64,000 bases of DNA from a virus. Position numbers and translations under genes: made by a program. The stretch lies in the IMG/VR virus record IMGVR_UViG_3300027899_000008, one strand, 5' to 3'. Shown here one piece after another: positions 60,598 through 64,000 of the stretch (position 1 is the first letter of the stretch; every line of letters starts with the position of its first letter). The notes below the pieces were generated by a model, which saw nothing but the letters and a program-made list of their open reading frames with translations, had not been told where the DNA came from and did no database searches.

Positions 60598-61314
60598 ATG
60601 AGTAATATTATAAACCTATTAAAATCATCATCCCCAAAATATAGTATAGTTCAACCCTCAACAGGTAAACTTCTTTCATATCGCCCATTCAATGTCAAGG
60701 AAGAAAAATCCTTGCTAGTGGCAAAAAATACTGGATCCTATACTGATTTTCTATTAACGATATCATCTATAGTTGATTCTTGCTTTGACACCACCATAGA
60801 ATCAAAGAAATTACCAGTATTTGATGTTGAGTTTATGTTTCTTAAACTCAGAGAGAAATCAGTATCTGAAGTTGTGAACATATCCTTTACCTGTCCAGAA
60901 ACGAATGAAAAGATAAAAAACGTTGAAGTATCTTTAACGGATATCGTTGTCAAACAGAATCAAAACAGCAATAGCATTAAGATATCACCTGATATTATCA
61001 TTAATATGAGGCATCCAACATACGAATTCTTGATTGAAAACTCAGCGACTTCTGATACAGGAAATATTGATTTATTTGACATGGTGCTATATTCGATAGA
61101 ATCCATTCAAACAACATCGGAACTCCTCACCAACGAGATGCTGACCAAGGACTTTCTCAACGAATTCATTGAAAACCTAACACGACAGCAATATCAAATG
61201 ATATTAGATTTCTTTGTATCAGCACCAAAAATAGAACACGAAGTAAAATATAATACATCCGACAATGTTCAACGAAGTATCGTATTAAGGGGAATCAAAG
61301 ATTTTTTTCACTAA
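60598..61314 (+). CDS. gp26: Baseplate hub assembly protein gp26
   Basis: YRPFNVKEEK, FDVEFMFLKLREKSV, GIKDFF. Confidence 0.92.
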   Translation: MSNIINLLKSSSPKYSIVQPSTGKLLSYRPFNVKEEKSLLVAKNTGSYTDFLLTISSIVDSCFDTTIESKKLPVFDVEFMFLKLREKSVSEVVNISFTCPETNEKIKNVEVSLTDIVVKQNQNSNSIKISPDIIINMRHPTYEFLIENSATSDTGNIDLFDMVLYSIESIQTTSELLTNEMLTKDFLNEFIENLTRQQYQMILDFFVSAPKIEHEVKYNTSDNVQRSIVLRGIKDFFH

Positions 61315-61325
61315 GCCTTAGTTAT

Positions 61326-61514
61326 ATGAGTCTCTACTCGCTTTACGAGTTAAATTTTAGTCTTTTGTATATACACAAACTATCTTTAACTGAAGTAGAA
61401 AGCATGATTCCGTGGGAAAGAGACTTGTATGTTGAAAGACTAGGGCAGTACTTAGAGAAGCAGGAATTGGAAGCAAGACAAGCAGTATTAACGCGCAACG
61501 CAAGAAGAAGGTAA
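61326..61514 (+). CDS. gp51: Baseplate hub assembly catalyst gp51-like
   Basis: NFSL...HKLSLTEVESMIPWERDLYV. Confidence 0.88.
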   Translation: MSLYSLYELNFSLLYIHKLSLTEVESMIPWERDLYVERLGQYLEKQELEARQAVLTRNARRR

Positions 61515-61517
61515 CAT

Positions 61518-64000
61518 ATGGAAGACAAAAGACAACAAACAGATGAAGCATTGGGTGGATTGTTTGGAAATTCATCCTTATTTTCTGGTCTTCCATCTGG
61601 AGTAGATACATCAACAATACAGAAAACCCCAACCAGTGATATTGGTGATTCTGGACCCATGTCGGGAGAAAATTCTTCTGACAATTATAATATTAATGTA
61701 AATGTAACTCAGAATCTGGTTCAAAAGGAAGTTGAAAAGAAAGTAAATGGCATACTAAACACAACATCAGATGCCAATCAGATAAAAAAAAATTACACAC
61801 AAGATTCTCCAATAGGAAATATTGAATCGAATCTGATACAACAACCAAATATAAGTGGAAATTCATTTAACAATATAAAACTAACCCAATCATCAGATGA
61901 CTCACAATTAAATCCAACTACATCAATATCATCAGATACGATAAACAATAACACATATGCAAATTCATTTGGTGATAATAGGAATTCCCTATTCACATCA
62001 TCTGTGAATGATTATAATCCCAAAACAGATAATACTACTACATTAAATACTGCTCCACAAGAGGGTCAGTTTTTCATTGAAAATGCTCCTGGTAATATGT
62101 CATCATATGAAGCAAGATCCAGATTAACAGATGATTCGAATCCAAATTATCTAAGATTTGATACAACAGAACAAGCAAATCAAGCAACAAGACTTGAATC
62201 TGCAAATAGATTGATGGAACAAACTAAAGATTTAAATTTAACAGATAGACAAAGAGAAATAATACAACAAAGACCAGAATTATTTGATCGTTACATGTAT
62301 TATGAAAATCCAGGTCAGGCAAGATTTGTGGATCAGGGAAATGGATTCAGCGTAAATGCAAATTCACCAGATCAATCTCCATATTTACCAAGTCCAGAAA
62401 AAATACAAAAAACAATAGAAAGTGGAGATAGAGAAGCATTAAAAATGTTACTAGATGATCATTTTGGTCAATTTGGAACAAGTGATAATAATCCAGTATG
62501 GAGACAATATGGAGATTTTAATGCTGGAGATGTAGTGTCTGGTAGTGTAAATTCAAATGTAACTAAAAATACATCAAATAATACAAGAGCAATTAATAGT
62601 GCAACAGAAAGTCAATCTGCGTACATAACACAAACAGAGGATGCAAGACTATTATCGGACTTTTATGGTCTTGATAATTATTTTGATTTTGCTGAAGATT
62701 CCAATTATTTATTGGCAACAAAATCCACAGGAGTACAAAAAAATAGAACAACAAATATAAACGAAGATGGTAGTGTGAATAAAACCACATCATCAAAACT
62801 TAATAGGTTGCCAGCAGCAAATATAACTCCAATATCAAGTTTGCCTACTTATCTGAGTGCAAATATTTCAGAAAACACACAACTCGAAACATACAATTCA
62901 GACAATTATGATACTGTTGAGAAAATAAGATCTGGAAAAGGATTTGGTGCAAATAATCCTAATAGACCAATATCTGATGAAGATATACCAGAAGATATTA
63001 TTGGTGATGCTAATACAAATGTATCATTTAATCCAGTTTACATTAAAAATGATGAAGGTTCTAATGTTCTTATTCCTAGAGAACGTGACAGAACACGAGT
63101 TCCTATATCTTCAGAACCACCACAACCATCTATACCCCAAACACCCATAGATCTACAGGGAGCAGAAACAAACTATAATACATCTCAATTAAATCAAACT
63201 AACGAAATGACAACTAATGTGTTGCCTGGTACTCCCGCATCAATGATTTCTCAGTTGGCATTTGCCTCAATATCTCCAACTGAATCTTCTATATCATCCC
63301 AACAAACATCAAGTACATATAATACTACTGAAATCTACAATCATACCTATGTCAATCCAAACTCACCAGAGGGTAGAGTTACTGGAGTAGACAAACCAGA
63401 ATTTAGTATTGGAACAAGTTCGACTGGAACTCCAATGGTAACTGGAGGTTCTTATAAGAATCCCAATAGTCCAGAAGGCAGACTACTAGCAGACGACACC
63501 ATTAATACAGATGGTTCTATGAAAGATACCGATAAGTTTGGACCAAAGACACTTGATGCTGCTAAACGATTGGCAAAGGAAGATACCGCAAAGGTGGAAG
63601 GTGAACTAAGAGCAGCAGATATTAAGCAAAATGGTCCAATGCCAATTGATATCGCTGGCGTTGAAACTGCTACACCAAATATTTCAGCGACTACTAATAA
63701 TGATAATAATGAAACCAACAACGAAACTAATAATCAATCAACAGCAAATACCCCTTCTTCATCTCAAACTACTAATATAACCAAAGAGGTTACCAATCAT
63801 CATTATGTAAATCCGAACTCACCAGAGGGTAGGATTGCTGGAGTAGAGGTGAACAAAAATAGTTCAATAACCACCAATACCTCTAACAATACCGCTAGTC
63901 ATAGCAATACCTCTAACAATACCGCTAGTCATAGCAATACCTCTAACAATACCGCTAGTCATAGCAATACCTCTAACAATACCGCTAGTCATAGCAATAC
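61518..64000 (+). CDS. Long N/S/T-rich low-complexity ORF (>827 aa, truncated by the window); at the position after gp51 often held by a tape-measure/gp29-like gene
   Basis: Not in the ORF track because it has no stop in the window. Manual translation from ATG 61518 (MEDKRQQTDEALGG...) found no stop in the stretches read, and the frame matches the terminal repeats. Confidence 0.75.
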   Translation, partial: MEDKRQQTDEALGGLFGNSSLFSGLPSGVDTSTIQKTPTSDIGDSGPMSGENSSDNYNINVNVTQNLVQKEVEKKVNGILNTTSDANQIKKNYTQDSPIGNIESNLIQQPNISGNSFNNIKLTQSSDDSQLNPTTSISSDTINNNTYANSFGDNRNSLFTSSVNDYNPKTDNTTTLNTAPQEGQFFIENAPGNMSSYEARSRLTDDSNPNYLRFDTTEQANQATRLESANRLMEQTKDLNLTDRQREIIQQRPELFDRYMYYENPGQARFVDQGNGFSVNANSPDQSPYLPSPEKIQKTIESGDREALKMLLDDHFGQFGTSDNNPVWRQYGDFNAGDVVSGSVNSNVTKNTSNNTRAINSATESQSAYITQTEDARLLSDFYGLDNYFDFAEDSNYLLATKSTGVQKNRTTNINEDGSVNKTTSSKLNRLPAANITPISSLPTYLSANISENTQLETYNSDNYDTVEKIRSGKGFGANNPNRPISDEDIPEDIIGDANTNVSFNPVYIKNDEGSNVLIPRERDRTRVPISSEPPQPSIPQTPIDLQGAETNYNTSQLNQTNEMTTNVLPGTPASMISQLAFASISPTESSISSQQTSSTYNTTEIYNHTYVNPNSPEGRVTGVDKPEFSIGTSSTGTPMVTGGSYKNPNSPEGRLLADDTINTDGSMKDTDKFGPKTLDAAKRLAKEDTAKVEGELRAADIKQNGPMPIDIAGVETATPNISATTNNDNNETNNETNNQSTANTPSSSQTTNITKEVTNHHYVNPNSPEGRIAGVEVNKNSSITTNTSNNTASHSNTSNNTASHSNTSNNTASHSNTSNNTASHSN
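63875..64000 (+). repeat. Perfect 30-bp tandem repeat, at least 4.2 copies, encoding NTSNNTASHS
   Basis: Unit CAATACCTCTAACAATACCGCTAGTCATAG repeated to the window end. Confidence 0.95.

Noticed and set aside
61781-61792. A9 run as a programmed frameshift site
   Set aside because: The ORF continues open in-frame, and A-runs are expected at this AT content.
63875-64000. CRISPR array
   Set aside because: The 30-bp units are contiguous with no spacers and lie in-frame in a CDS; no cas genes are present.
1-64000. Stop-codon reassignment, tRNA or rRNA genes
   Set aside because: Core genes are full-length and tightly packed in the standard code. Intergenic gaps are short, and no cloverleaf or rRNA-like sequence was seen.

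Overview
A 64-kb segment of an AT-rich T4-like (Tevenvirinae/cyanomyovirus-type) myophage genome in the standard genetic code. The minus strand runs from right to left: baseplate (gp48, gp53, a 1780-aa gp27-like hub, gp25, gp6, gp7, gp8), a block of tail-appendage genes (collagen-like, Cys-rich repeats, DUF1566-like), neck/packaging/tail/head genes (gp13-gp23, gp3), uvsY/uvsW, gp55, gp47-SET-gp46, gp45/44/62, regA and a glycosyltransferase cluster. The plus strand from 59.5 kb carries gp4, a gp54-like gene, gp26, gp51 and a long N/S/T-rich ORF that runs off the window in a 30-bp tandem repeat. The top finding is in the large terminase gp17: a 374-aa intein whose homing endonuclease (HNH + NUMOD3) is not fused in-frame. 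It is overprinted in the +1 frame, inside a 245-codon insert that stays open in the intein frame, with visible codon choices that avoid stops. Other findings: a SET-domain gene between gp47 and gp46; a late-promoter/anti-SD hairpin switch at gp13; divergent consensus sigma70 promoters at gp55, one of them antisense; probable leaderless mRNAs; a possible virion-glycosylation system; and no gp5 at its usual position. All family assignments come from motif recognition and synteny, not from database searches.
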